From positions 355-64,354 of the forward strand of contig JAPLXC010000019.1 in assembly GCA_026396275.1 (NCBI GenBank): a stretch of DNA of 64,000 bases, in the 5' to 3' direction. Below, one piece after another: positions 56,228 through 64,000 of the stretch. The stretch comes from Candidatus Moraniibacteriota bacterium. Lineage in GTDB: Bacteria; Patescibacteriota; Minisyncoccia; Moranbacterales; JAPLXC01. The notes beneath the pieces are model-generated. The model made no database searches. It worked only from the letters and a program-made list of their open reading frames with translations, and was not told the origin of the DNA. A program made the position numbers and the translations under genes. The stretch's first letter is position 1, and every line of letters begins with the position of its first letter.

Positions 56228-56398
56228 TTATCTAAGTAGTTCTCTCCGAATCTCAATGTATCCATTTTCTCTGCTATTCCTAATAAGATTAGTCAAGTAA
56301 ATGCTTATTTGCTTTAAATGATCCGATGAAAATTCCAACGCTTGAGAAAAAAACCAGTTTCTAAGCTCCACTGCTTCGGGCAAAGTTATTTTTACCAT
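56228..56398 (-). CDS. Small hypothetical protein
   Basis: SD GGAGGT before the ATG at 56398 (MVKITLPE...). Confidence 0.5.
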   Translation of the reverse strand: MVKITLPEAVELRNWFFSQALEFSSDHLKQISIYLTNLIRNSRENGYIEIRRELLR

Positions 56399-56580
56399 AA
56401 AAAGAACTACCTCCTCGTATAAATTTTTTGATGTCCAAAGGTTAACATAAATAAATATTTTAGTCAAAATTGATTATCGACTTTTGCCTTAAATAAAGCT
56501 AAAAGCTGGTAATTAATAAATTTTTGCTAATTAACTTTGAAGCTAATCAAACTAACAAAGCTAATGAAGCTAATAAAGCT

Positions 56581-58554
56581 ATGGGTAAGATATTAGGAAT
56601 CGACCTCGGCACCACTAACTCGGCAATGGCTGTAGTTCAGGCCGGAAAGCCGCAGATTTTAGAAAACAAAGAGGGAGCGCGCACCACTCCTTCAATGGTG
56701 GCAATTTCCAAAAATGGCGAGCGTCTCGTGGGTCTTTTGGCCAAACGCCAAGCGGTAACTAATCCGGGAAATACTTTGTTTTCCATCAAACGGCTCATTG
56801 GGAGAAGATTTGAGGATGCTGAAGTGCAAAGGGATTTAAAACTAATGCCCTACAAAATTGTAAAGGCCAATGGGGGAGTAAAAGTCATAATGGGAGACCC
56901 CTCGAGTTCCTCGGGGCAAGCAGAATATACACCGCAGGAAATTTCGGCCATGATTTTGGGGAAACTGAAAGCCGATGCCGAAGAGCGATTGGGAGAAAAA
57001 ATTACTGACGCGGTGATTACCGTTCCGGCCTATTTTGACGACTCACAGAGAAAATCAACTAAAGAAGCGGGAGAAATCGCCGGGTTTAATGTCAAAAGAA
57101 TAATCAACGAACCAACAGCCGCGGCGCTGGCTTATGGATTTAGCCAGAAGTCCGCCCAAGGCGGATCCGCCTCCGGCGGAAAAGAAGAAAAAATTGCGGT
57201 TTACGATCTGGGAGGTGGGACTTATGACATTTCTATTCTGGAAGTAGGCGGAGATACGGTGGAAGTGAAATCCACCAACGGCGACACTCACTTGGGGGGA
57301 GATGATTTTGACCAGCGGCTCATTGAGTGGATTATTGGCGAATTTAAAAAACAGGAAGGAATTGATTTAGGGAAAGATCCGTTGGCTTTGCAAAGGATTA
57401 AGGAAGCGGCGGAAAAGGCGAAAATTGAATTATCCACCGCGATGGAAACGGAAATTAATCAGCCGTTTATTACTAGCGGCACCGATGGCCCCAAACACTT
57501 GGTAATGAAAATGAGCCGGGCAAAATTGGAAGAACTAGTGCACGATTTAGTAGAAAAAACGATTGAACCAATGAAGAAAGCACTCTCCGACGCTAAAATG
57601 GACGCAAAAGATATCGATGAGGTAATTATGGTTGGCGGAGTTACCCGAATGCCTCTGGTTTTGCAGACGGTAGAAAAATTTTTCGGCAAGAAACCGAACA
57701 TTTCAGTTAATCCAGATGAAGTGGTGGCCGTCGGCGCAGCCATTCAAGGCGGGGTGCTGGAAGGATCAGTGCGTGATGTATTGCTTTTAGATGTGACACC
57801 TTTGACGCTGGGAATTGAAACACTGGGGGGAGTGCGAACTCCTTTAATCGAAAGAAATACGACTATTCCCACTGCCAAGTCGCAAATATTTTCTACGGCC
57901 GCTGACAGTCAGCCCAGCGTGGAAATTCACGTGCTTCAGGGCGAACGGGAGATGGCAAGCGATAATAAAACACTAGGGAGATTTATTCTGGACGGCATTC
58001 CGCCGGCTCCGCGCGGTATTCCCCAGGTTGAAGTTACTTTTGACATTGACGCCAATGGAATTTTAAGCGTTACAGCCAAGGACAAAGCCACCGGAAAGTC
58101 GCAATCAATCCGTATTGAAGCATCAACCGGGCTTTCCAAAGAAGAAATTGAAAAGATGAAAAAAGACGCGGAAGCGCACGCCGAAGAGGATAGAAAGAAA
58201 AAGGACTTAGTTGAAGCGCGAAACATGGCCGACACGCTGGTTTACACCACTGAAAAAGCCCTGCGCGATGCCGGCGGCAAAATCACGGCGGATGAAAAGA
58301 AACCGATTGAAGAAAAAGTTGAGGCGCTGAAAAAAGTAAAAGACAGCGATGATGCGGAAGCGATCAAGCGCGCAACGCAGGAACTTTCCACCGAAGCGCA
58401 AAAGATAGGGGAGAAGTTGTATAAAGCGGCTTCCGAGGCGCAAAAACAACAGGGCGGACAACCAGGCGAACAGCCGAAAAAAGAGGGAGAAGTGAAAGAC
58501 GCGGAAGTGGATAATGAAAAGAAGGACGAAGGAGCTTCAGAGGATAAAAAGTAA
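56581..58554 (+). CDS. dnaK: Chaperone DnaK
   Basis: [44 protein letters not shown]. The upstream extension in the ORF track is repeat-derived. Confidence 0.99.
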   Translation: MGKILGIDLGTTNSAMAVVQAGKPQILENKEGARTTPSMVAISKNGERLVGLLAKRQAVTNPGNTLFSIKRLIGRRFEDAEVQRDLKLMPYKIVKANGGVKVIMGDPSSSSGQAEYTPQEISAMILGKLKADAEERLGEKITDAVITVPAYFDDSQRKSTKEAGEIAGFNVKRIINEPTAAALAYGFSQKSAQGGSASGGKEEKIAVYDLGGGTYDISILEVGGDTVEVKSTNGDTHLGGDDFDQRLIEWIIGEFKKQEGIDLGKDPLALQRIKEAAEKAKIELSTAMETEINQPFITSGTDGPKHLVMKMSRAKLEELVHDLVEKTIEPMKKALSDAKMDAKDIDEVIMVGGVTRMPLVLQTVEKFFGKKPNISVNPDEVVAVGAAIQGGVLEGSVRDVLLLDVTPLTLGIETLGGVRTPLIERNTTIPTAKSQIFSTAADSQPSVEIHVLQGEREMASDNKTLGRFILDGIPPAPRGIPQVEVTFDIDANGILSVTAKDKATGKSQSIRIEASTGLSKEEIEKMKKDAEAHAEEDRKKKDLVEARNMADTLVYTTEKALRDAGGKITADEKKPIEEKVEALKKVKDSDDAEAIKRATQELSTEAQKIGEKLYKAASEAQKQQGGQPGEQPKKEGEVKDAEVDNEKKDEGASEDKK

Positions 58555-58597
58555 TCTTTTAGCGGGGGCATACGCCCCCGCTTTATACATAAAGTAA

Positions 58598-58987
58598 ATG
58601 AAACAAGATTCCATATTGACATTGCATAGATATTATATTTGGGCGACAACAATGAAGTTTCACTTTGAGGAAGAATTAAAAAAACATAATATATCTAAAA
58701 ATAAAGATATTACTATAGAGCAAATGATGTATATGTCGATTTGGTATGGATTATTATATGTTGTAGCTGAAGGATGGAAAAATCTAAAACTGCACGATAA
58801 GGTTATTGATTCGTTGCTTCAATCTAAAAATATTAATTTACTTAAAAGATATAGAAACGGAGTATTCCATTTTAATAAAAAATATTATAATGATAAATAC
58901 CTAGATTTTTGCAAAGAAAAATCATCTGCAGATTGGATTAGAAAATTAAACTTAGAGCTCGGAAAGTATTTTTTTGGAATATTTTAA
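58598..58987 (+). CDS. AT-rich hypothetical protein, possible HEPN (RNGVFH)
   Basis: Rx4H motif; preceded by palindrome CGGGGGC-ATAC-GCCCCCG. Confidence 0.6.
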   Translation: MKQDSILTLHRYYIWATTMKFHFEEELKKHNISKNKDITIEQMMYMSIWYGLLYVVAEGWKNLKLHDKVIDSLLQSKNINLLKRYRNGVFHFNKKYYNDKYLDFCKEKSSADWIRKLNLELGKYFFGIF

Positions 58988-59010
58988 AAAATAATTTTTA
59001 AATTAAAAAT

Positions 59011-59316
59011 ATGGAAAACGAAACAATCAAAGAAAATAAATCAGCAAAATTAGACAAAATAATGAAGCTAAGTATAATTTTTGGAGTGTTGATAGTAGCA
59101 TTGTCAATTGCTTATTATCTGGTAGTTTTTTTGCCCCTTAAAAATAAAGAGCAGTGGAAGCAAGAAGAAGAAAAACAGAAAATGACGCAAGAGTGTTCAA
59201 ACAAGACACTGGATGATATCAGAAGATGGGCAGAAGGAAGACAAGTTTCCGATGATAATTCAATCAAACAATATAATTTCTTTTTTGAAAAATGTTTAAA
59301 AGAAAAAGGATTATAA
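59011..59316 (+). CDS. Single-TM hypothetical protein with a Cys pair
   Basis: TM helix then coiled coil; C...CLKEKGL end. Confidence 0.7.
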   Translation: MENETIKENKSAKLDKIMKLSIIFGVLIVALSIAYYLVVFLPLKNKEQWKQEEEKQKMTQECSNKTLDDIRRWAEGRQVSDDNSIKQYNFFFEKCLKEKGL

Positions 59317-59624
59317 AAATAATTTCACAAACCAACCCTCCGACCGGGGCAGTAAAACAAAACAGCTTGTAAAATTAGTGATAATTAGAAATACTGACGA
59401 TTTACCATATTTGCATATATAATAAAAAGTGTTGCTTGACCTGTTCAGTAACTTGTTACTTAACAATGTAAGTAATTTCCTCCAAAGGCGGACAAGAATT
59501 ACGTAATTCTAAAATCAGCTTTTAAGCTTGACAAAAGTCCGATAATGAAATAGGATAAACAGTTGTAGTTGAGATGTTTTTTAAAAAATAAAAGCCTGAA
59601 TTGGCAAAAGGAAAAGGAGGAAAA

Positions 59625-59852
59625 ATGAGTGGAAAAATAATAACAAAGAATATGAAGATCGGAGAAATAATTGCCTTCAAAGATGAGAGAGCGAAAAAAA
59701 TTATTGAAGATTATTTCTTTGATTTCAAAAATCTCCCACTCTATGCTAAGAAGATTACTCTTGAAGAAGCTGCCCGCAAGAGCGGCAAGGATTACAAAAT
59801 CTTAGCTGTTTTACGGGCAATCAATAATTTGCCCGAGAAAAAGAAGAAATGA
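59625..59852 (+). CDS. Small protein, DUF1858-like
   Basis: SD AGGAGG; ITKNMKIGEII...TLEEAA pattern. Confidence 0.6.
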   Translation: MSGKIITKNMKIGEIIAFKDERAKKIIEDYFFDFKNLPLYAKKITLEEAARKSGKDYKILAVLRAINNLPEKKKK

Positions 59853-60122
59853 TTTTTCTTGGGAGATATTACAGGCGGAAAAAAATCTGCCTGTATTTTT
59901 TACTGCATTATTCCGGCATACTATAATGTTACTACTACATAACCTTATATGGTAGTGATGAATTTATGAACCAATAAGCGACCGGAAATTTTGGAATAAT
60001 TCGGTGACCGAAATCAGTCACCCACTTTTATTTTCTAAGGTCGTAATTTTTGACAAAATGAGCTTATTTGTTAATCTGGATATGCTTTTTAACAACATGT
60101 CACATATTAGAGGAGGATAAAA

Positions 60123-61052
60123 ATGAAAGTAATTAGTGGTAACAGCAATCCCGATCTGGCACTTGCCATTGTGGAGTATTTGGGAATATCGTTAACCGAT
60201 GCAACCATTTCCAGATTTAGCGACATGGAAATCAGGGCAGAAATCAATGAGAACATTCGAGGCAAGGATGTGTTCGTCATCCAGTCAATCTGTACACCGG
60301 CCAATGAGTATATAATGGAACTTCTCATTATAATCGATGCGCTCGTGCGTGCTTCGGCAAAACGCATAACGGCGGTAATACCATACTATGGTTATGCCCG
60401 TCAGGATCGGAAAACCGAATCCAGAGCGCCGATTACCGCGAAACTTGTGGCTAACTTGATTACCGCTGCAGGCGCCAACCGCGTGCTTACTATGGATCTT
60501 CATGCTGGACAAATCCAAGGATTCTTTGACATACCAGTTGATCATCTTTATGCCTCTACCGTGCTCTTGGATTATCTAAAACGGAACTTCTCGGGCCATC
60601 TGGTCATTGTTTCACCTGACGCTGGGGGAGCAGACCGAGCGAGAGCGTACGCTAAACGGCTCAATGCAGATCTAGCTGTCGTTGACAAAAGGAGAGAAGA
60701 GCCGGGCAGGTCAGAAATACTGAACATTATTGGAGAGGTGTCAGGTAAAACGGCCATTATCATCGATGATATGGTGGATACAGCGGGGACTATTTGCAAC
60801 GCTGCTCAAGTGATCGCGGAGAAAGGAGCGCAAGCGGTATATGCTTGCTGCAGCCATGCAGTGCTGTCTGGCCCTGCTGTTCAAAGAATCAGCCGATCAG
60901 CCATTGAACGATTGATTGTGACTGACTCAATTCCACTTTCGGAAAGTGCCAAGACACTGGGGAAGATTACAGTGGTTTCTGTAGCGGAGCTTCTGGCAAA
61001 AGCCATACATTCTGTCCACAATTCCGAGTCATTAAAACCATTGTTCGTTTAG
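60123..61052 (+). CDS. prs: Ribose-phosphate pyrophosphokinase
   Basis: FSDME, YYGYARQDRK, DLHAGQIQGFF, VSPDAGG, IIDDMVDTAGT. Confidence 0.98.
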   Translation: MKVISGNSNPDLALAIVEYLGISLTDATISRFSDMEIRAEINENIRGKDVFVIQSICTPANEYIMELLIIIDALVRASAKRITAVIPYYGYARQDRKTESRAPITAKLVANLITAAGANRVLTMDLHAGQIQGFFDIPVDHLYASTVLLDYLKRNFSGHLVIVSPDAGGADRARAYAKRLNADLAVVDKRREEPGRSEILNIIGEVSGKTAIIIDDMVDTAGTICNAAQVIAEKGAQAVYACCSHAVLSGPAVQRISRSAIERLIVTDSIPLSESAKTLGKITVVSVAELLAKAIHSVHNSESLKPLFV

Positions 61053-61182
61053 GAAAAATAACAGGTGATTGATAAATCAGTCACCTGCTATTTATTTTTG
61101 ATGGCTCAACCGGCTATTGACAAAACTCTAATTTCTTGCTAGTATTAGGTGTTTCACGGGCATAAAATAAAAGGAGGTTGCT

Positions 61183-61338
61183 ATGGGCGTGAAGATCTTT
61201 GAAATAATAAAGCAGAAAGAAAGAGAAAGGGTAAATGAGTATAAGCGTGAGCTCTGGCTTAAGATTTTTATCCCCTGGCTGCAGGAGCTTAAAAAAGAGC
61301 GTTGCAAAAAGACACCTAATATAGTATTTGACGAATAG
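61183..61338 (+). CDS. Small hypothetical protein (51 aa, below the ORF-track cutoff)
   Basis: SD AAGGAGGT; MGVKIFEIIKQKERERVNEYKRELWLKIFIPWLQELKKERCKKTPNIVFDE*. Confidence 0.55.
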   Translation: MGVKIFEIIKQKERERVNEYKRELWLKIFIPWLQELKKERCKKTPNIVFDE

Positions 61339-61347
61339 GAGGAAAAG

Positions 61348-61653
61348 ATGGAAAAATTTGATTTTAACGATGAGTTTTTCGCTCTTCAGGATAAATATGA
61401 AAAGATGGAGATAAAATTCAGAAAATCAATTGCCGAGGAGAATAGTGATATTCCAGGGAAAATCCTAGAGATTTTCAGGAAAGGAGATTTTAAAAAACTG
61501 GATGCCTTGGCGAAATTCGTAATGCGTTCTCTTAATACGGCAGAAGTTGGAGTATTAATAATGAAGTTTTACCGGAGCACTAGCACTGGGGATTACATCG
61601 AAAAAGAAGCTATCATAAATTATTTCAGGGTTATTTCCGGGTTTTGCCGTTAA
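61348..61653 (+). CDS. Hypothetical protein
   Basis: SD AGGAGG; terminator-like hairpin at about 61663-61699. Confidence 0.65.
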   Translation: MEKFDFNDEFFALQDKYEKMEIKFRKSIAEENSDIPGKILEIFRKGDFKKLDALAKFVMRSLNTAEVGVLIMKFYRSTSTGDYIEKEAIINYFRVISGFCR

Positions 61654-61735
61654 AAAATTTCGAAGCGGGCAGTTGACAAAGTCAATTTCCCGCTTTTTTG
61701 TTTTTCTGTCTGACAAAATTTTCACTCGGCCTGAA

Positions 61736-61762
61736 TTAGCACTCGGGAGGTGGGATTGCTAA
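61736..61762 (+). promoter_or_regulatory. CIRCE operator upstream of dnaJ
   Basis: TTAGCACTC-N9-GATTGCTAA. Confidence 0.92.
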
Positions 61763-61812
61763 TTTTGCTGAATTGTTGTATAATCTGATAAGCTTGTATA
61801 GTTGCTTCCTCT

Positions 61813-61884
61813 ACGAATTACGAATTTGGTACGAATATACGAATTATGGGTATTAGTATATTAGTATATGATTAGTAATTAGTA
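61813..61884. repeat. TACGAAT/ATTAGTA bipartite element, copy 3
   Basis: tacgaattacgaatttggtacgaatatacgaat...attagtatattagtatatgattagtaattagta. Confidence 0.9.
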
Positions 61885-61896
61885 GCCATTGCCATT

Positions 61897-62982
61897 ATGG
61901 ATTATTACAAAATTTTAGGAGTCAATCGTAACGCTTCCGATGACGAAATAAAGAAGGCCTACCGGAAGCTCGCTCACAAATACCACCCGGACAAAGCCGG
62001 CGGCGATGAGAAAAAGTTCAAGGAGATTAATGAGGCCTATCAGGTTTTGTCAGACAAGGCAAAGCGTCAGCAGTACGATCAGTTTGGGCGGACGTTTGAG
62101 CAAACCGGAGCTGGCTTTGGCGGATTCGAGGGATTTGACTTTGGCAGTTTTTCCGGAAGAGGCGGATCAAGCTGGGATTTTGGCGGCTTTGAGGATATTT
62201 TTTCTGATATTTTTGGGGAAGGATTTACTGGAAGGACTGGAACTCGCCGGCGAGCCGGCAGGGATATTCAGGTTGATGTGGAGATAAGTTTTGAGGAAAT
62301 GGTCCAAGGAACCCGGCGCGATGTCAATCTTTATAAGAGTGTTGTCTGTAGTGTCTGCCATGGAACGGGAGGAGAACCAGGAGCCAAAGAGCAATCCTGT
62401 CCCACTTGCGGTGGGTCGGGTCAAGTGCGAAAAACAACGCGCAGTTTTTTTGGAAGCTTTACCCAGGTTTCCACATGTCCAACCTGCGTAGGTACGGGAA
62501 AGACATATTCCCAGAAATGCCACAAATGCGGCGGCGACGGCCGGGTGAAAGAATACCAGGCAGTCGCGATTAATATTCCCGCCGGTATCCAGGACGGGCA
62601 GACCATAACGCTTCCCGGACAAGGAGAGGCGGGTGAACATGGCGGCGCTGGCGGCGATCTTTATACCAGTGTCCATGTGCGTCCGCATCCGAAATTTCAG
62701 CGGGAAAGAGACAACATTACTTCCACCGAACAAATAACTTTTTCCCAGGCGGTGTTGGGTGACAAAATCGCAGTGGAGACGGTTGAAGGATCAGTGAAAA
62801 TGAAAATTCCGGCCGGAACTCAGTCAAGCGAAATCTTCAGAATTAAAGATGAAGGCATTCCGCATTTGGGAAAACGGGGACGCGGGGATCATCTAGTAAA
62901 AATTGTTGTTAAAATTCCGCGGCATCCCAGCCGGGAGCAAAAGGAATTAATCGAAAAACTGAGGAAATTGGATGAACGATAA
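61897..62982 (+). CDS. dnaJ: Chaperone DnaJ
   Basis: DYYKILG, HPD, G/F region, four CxxCxGxG repeats. Confidence 0.98.
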   Translation: MDYYKILGVNRNASDDEIKKAYRKLAHKYHPDKAGGDEKKFKEINEAYQVLSDKAKRQQYDQFGRTFEQTGAGFGGFEGFDFGSFSGRGGSSWDFGGFEDIFSDIFGEGFTGRTGTRRRAGRDIQVDVEISFEEMVQGTRRDVNLYKSVVCSVCHGTGGEPGAKEQSCPTCGGSGQVRKTTRSFFGSFTQVSTCPTCVGTGKTYSQKCHKCGGDGRVKEYQAVAINIPAGIQDGQTITLPGQGEAGEHGGAGGDLYTSVHVRPHPKFQRERDNITSTEQITFSQAVLGDKIAVETVEGSVKMKIPAGTQSSEIFRIKDEGIPHLGKRGRGDHLVKIVVKIPRHPSREQKELIEKLRKLDER

Positions 62983-63988
62983 TTCAAGATATTGGTATTC
63001 TCACCTGGCGGTTTTTTTACTGTTGGCTGTATTGATTGCAGCTGGCGGTTTTTTGTTTTTTTCCAGAAGTAAGTGGTCAACAGAAGAAATAAGAGTATCA
63101 GGTGAGATTGATAGTGTCCATGAAAGTGTCGCGGAAAAACAAGAAAGTGTGGAGGAAATTAAAATACTATTTCTCGGCGACATTATGTTTGATCGCTATA
63201 TTCGCCAAGTGGCGAAAAGAAAGGGTTATGACTTTGTCTTTCAGGACGTTGATAATTTACTTAAAGAAAAAGATCTCGTCGTTGCTAATTTAGAAGGACC
63301 GCTAACTGATAATAAATCAGTAAGTGCTACCAGTGAATTTGGAGAGAGAAATAATTACATTTTTACTTTTGATCCGCAAGTGGCGCCGATTTTAAAAAAT
63401 CACAACATTAACCTAATTAATTTAGGAAACAATCACATTCTTAATTTTAGACAAAACGGTCTTGAACAAACGAAAAAATATTTAAGCGACGCAGGAGTAA
63501 AATATTTTTGCGACAAAGATATACGTTATACTTTATACAAAATACCTGCCTCGCCGGCAGGCGGGCATAATACAACCCTAAGTTTCGTTTGCTATAACCA
63601 GTTTGAGTCCGATGCGGTCGAGAAGGCACTGGCCGATATCGGGGAGGTGAAAAAAAGCGCCGATGTTGTTATTCTTTACGCTCACTGGGGAAAAGAATAT
63701 GAAACAAAAGCTGATGCCAAACAAAAAGAATTAGCTCATAAATTTATTGACGCTGAAGCGGACTTGATTATCGGCTCCCATTCTCACGTAGTTCAGGAAA
63801 AAGAAATATATCAGGGTAAAACAATTTATTATTCACTAGGAAATTTCATTTTTGACCAGTATTTTAATTCGGAGACGATGAAAGGACTGGCAGTGGAAAC
63901 AATTATTAATCCCGTTACAAAAGATATTAAGTTTAAGGAACATCAACTTCAAATGAAAAATAACGGACAGACAGAATGGAAAAAATAG
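62972..63988 (+). CDS. CapA (PGA_cap) family metallophosphoesterase
   Basis: GDIMFDR, NLEGP, GNNHI, HWGKEY, IGSHSHV, YSLGNF. Confidence 0.93.
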   Translation: MNDNSRYWYSHLAVFLLLAVLIAAGGFLFFSRSKWSTEEIRVSGEIDSVHESVAEKQESVEEIKILFLGDIMFDRYIRQVAKRKGYDFVFQDVDNLLKEKDLVVANLEGPLTDNKSVSATSEFGERNNYIFTFDPQVAPILKNHNINLINLGNNHILNFRQNGLEQTKKYLSDAGVKYFCDKDIRYTLYKIPASPAGGHNTTLSFVCYNQFESDAVEKALADIGEVKKSADVVILYAHWGKEYETKADAKQKELAHKFIDAEADLIIGSHSHVVQEKEIYQGKTIYYSLGNFIFDQYFNSETMKGLAVETIINPVTKDIKFKEHQLQMKNNGQTEWKK

Positions 63989-64000
63989 TATATAATTGAA

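Noticed and set aside
56524-56580. N-terminal extension of DnaK (also of SecA, PurM, the PaaX-like protein and ORF 46201-46515 in the ORF track)
   Set aside because: The extensions run through repeat elements or upstream genes; family-typical starts lie downstream.
3387-63629. Numerous 60-190 aa ORFs overlapping the called genes (e.g. 3387-3803, 47311-47886, 62167-62733)
   Set aside because: They are antisense or off-frame shadows of well-supported genes, with no motifs or initiation signals.
1-64000. Alternative genetic code (TGA=Gly, code 25)
   Set aside because: Conserved genes (trmD, murC, secD, hpf) end at TGA and long genes are intact under code 11.

Overview
This is a 64-kb chromosomal window from a bacterium using genetic code 11 (TGA serves as a stop). 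Gene content and architecture point to Patescibacteria/CPR, Parcubacteria-like; this assignment is an inference. The clues are a PheT lacking the B2 domain, a short AlaS, a SecD with a parvulin insert, a sigma-4/HARE-HTH protein and a VirD4/HerA-like gene pair. The backbone is housekeeping: rnpB, a sugar transferase, khpA-trmD-ftsW-murG-murC, a P-type ATPase, murB, hpf, secA, secDF, tRNA-Val, tyrS-pheST, mnmA, alaS, rplU, recR-dnaB, cysS, corA, yidD, and hrcA-grpE-dnaK...dnaJ with two CIRCE boxes. Short accessory genes are interleaved. Three things stand out. (1) A SipW/TasA-type fibre locus (37.7-42.9 kb, minus strand) includes two proteins sharing an unrecognised Cys-containing 3-TM C-terminal domain and lies downstream of a c-di-GMP-II-like riboswitch with an overlapping terminator. 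(2) A minimal GIY-YIG nuclease gene sits inside a perfect 21-bp inverted repeat within that leader, and its CTTG-tailed end recurs as small gene-less hairpins elsewhere. (3) Several families of small palindromes and 7-9-bp periodic repeats occur between genes and also in frame inside essential proteins (DnaK, MnmA, AlaS, PheT, CysS, SecA, MurB/C, TrmD, GrpE) and RNase P RNA. Other oddities are a purM cassette between two copies of the secA 3' end, a SecF missing its conserved GYSxND segment, a 64-nt tRNA-like RNA, and stacked tRNA 5'-end duplications. All calls come from reading the sequence; no searches were run.
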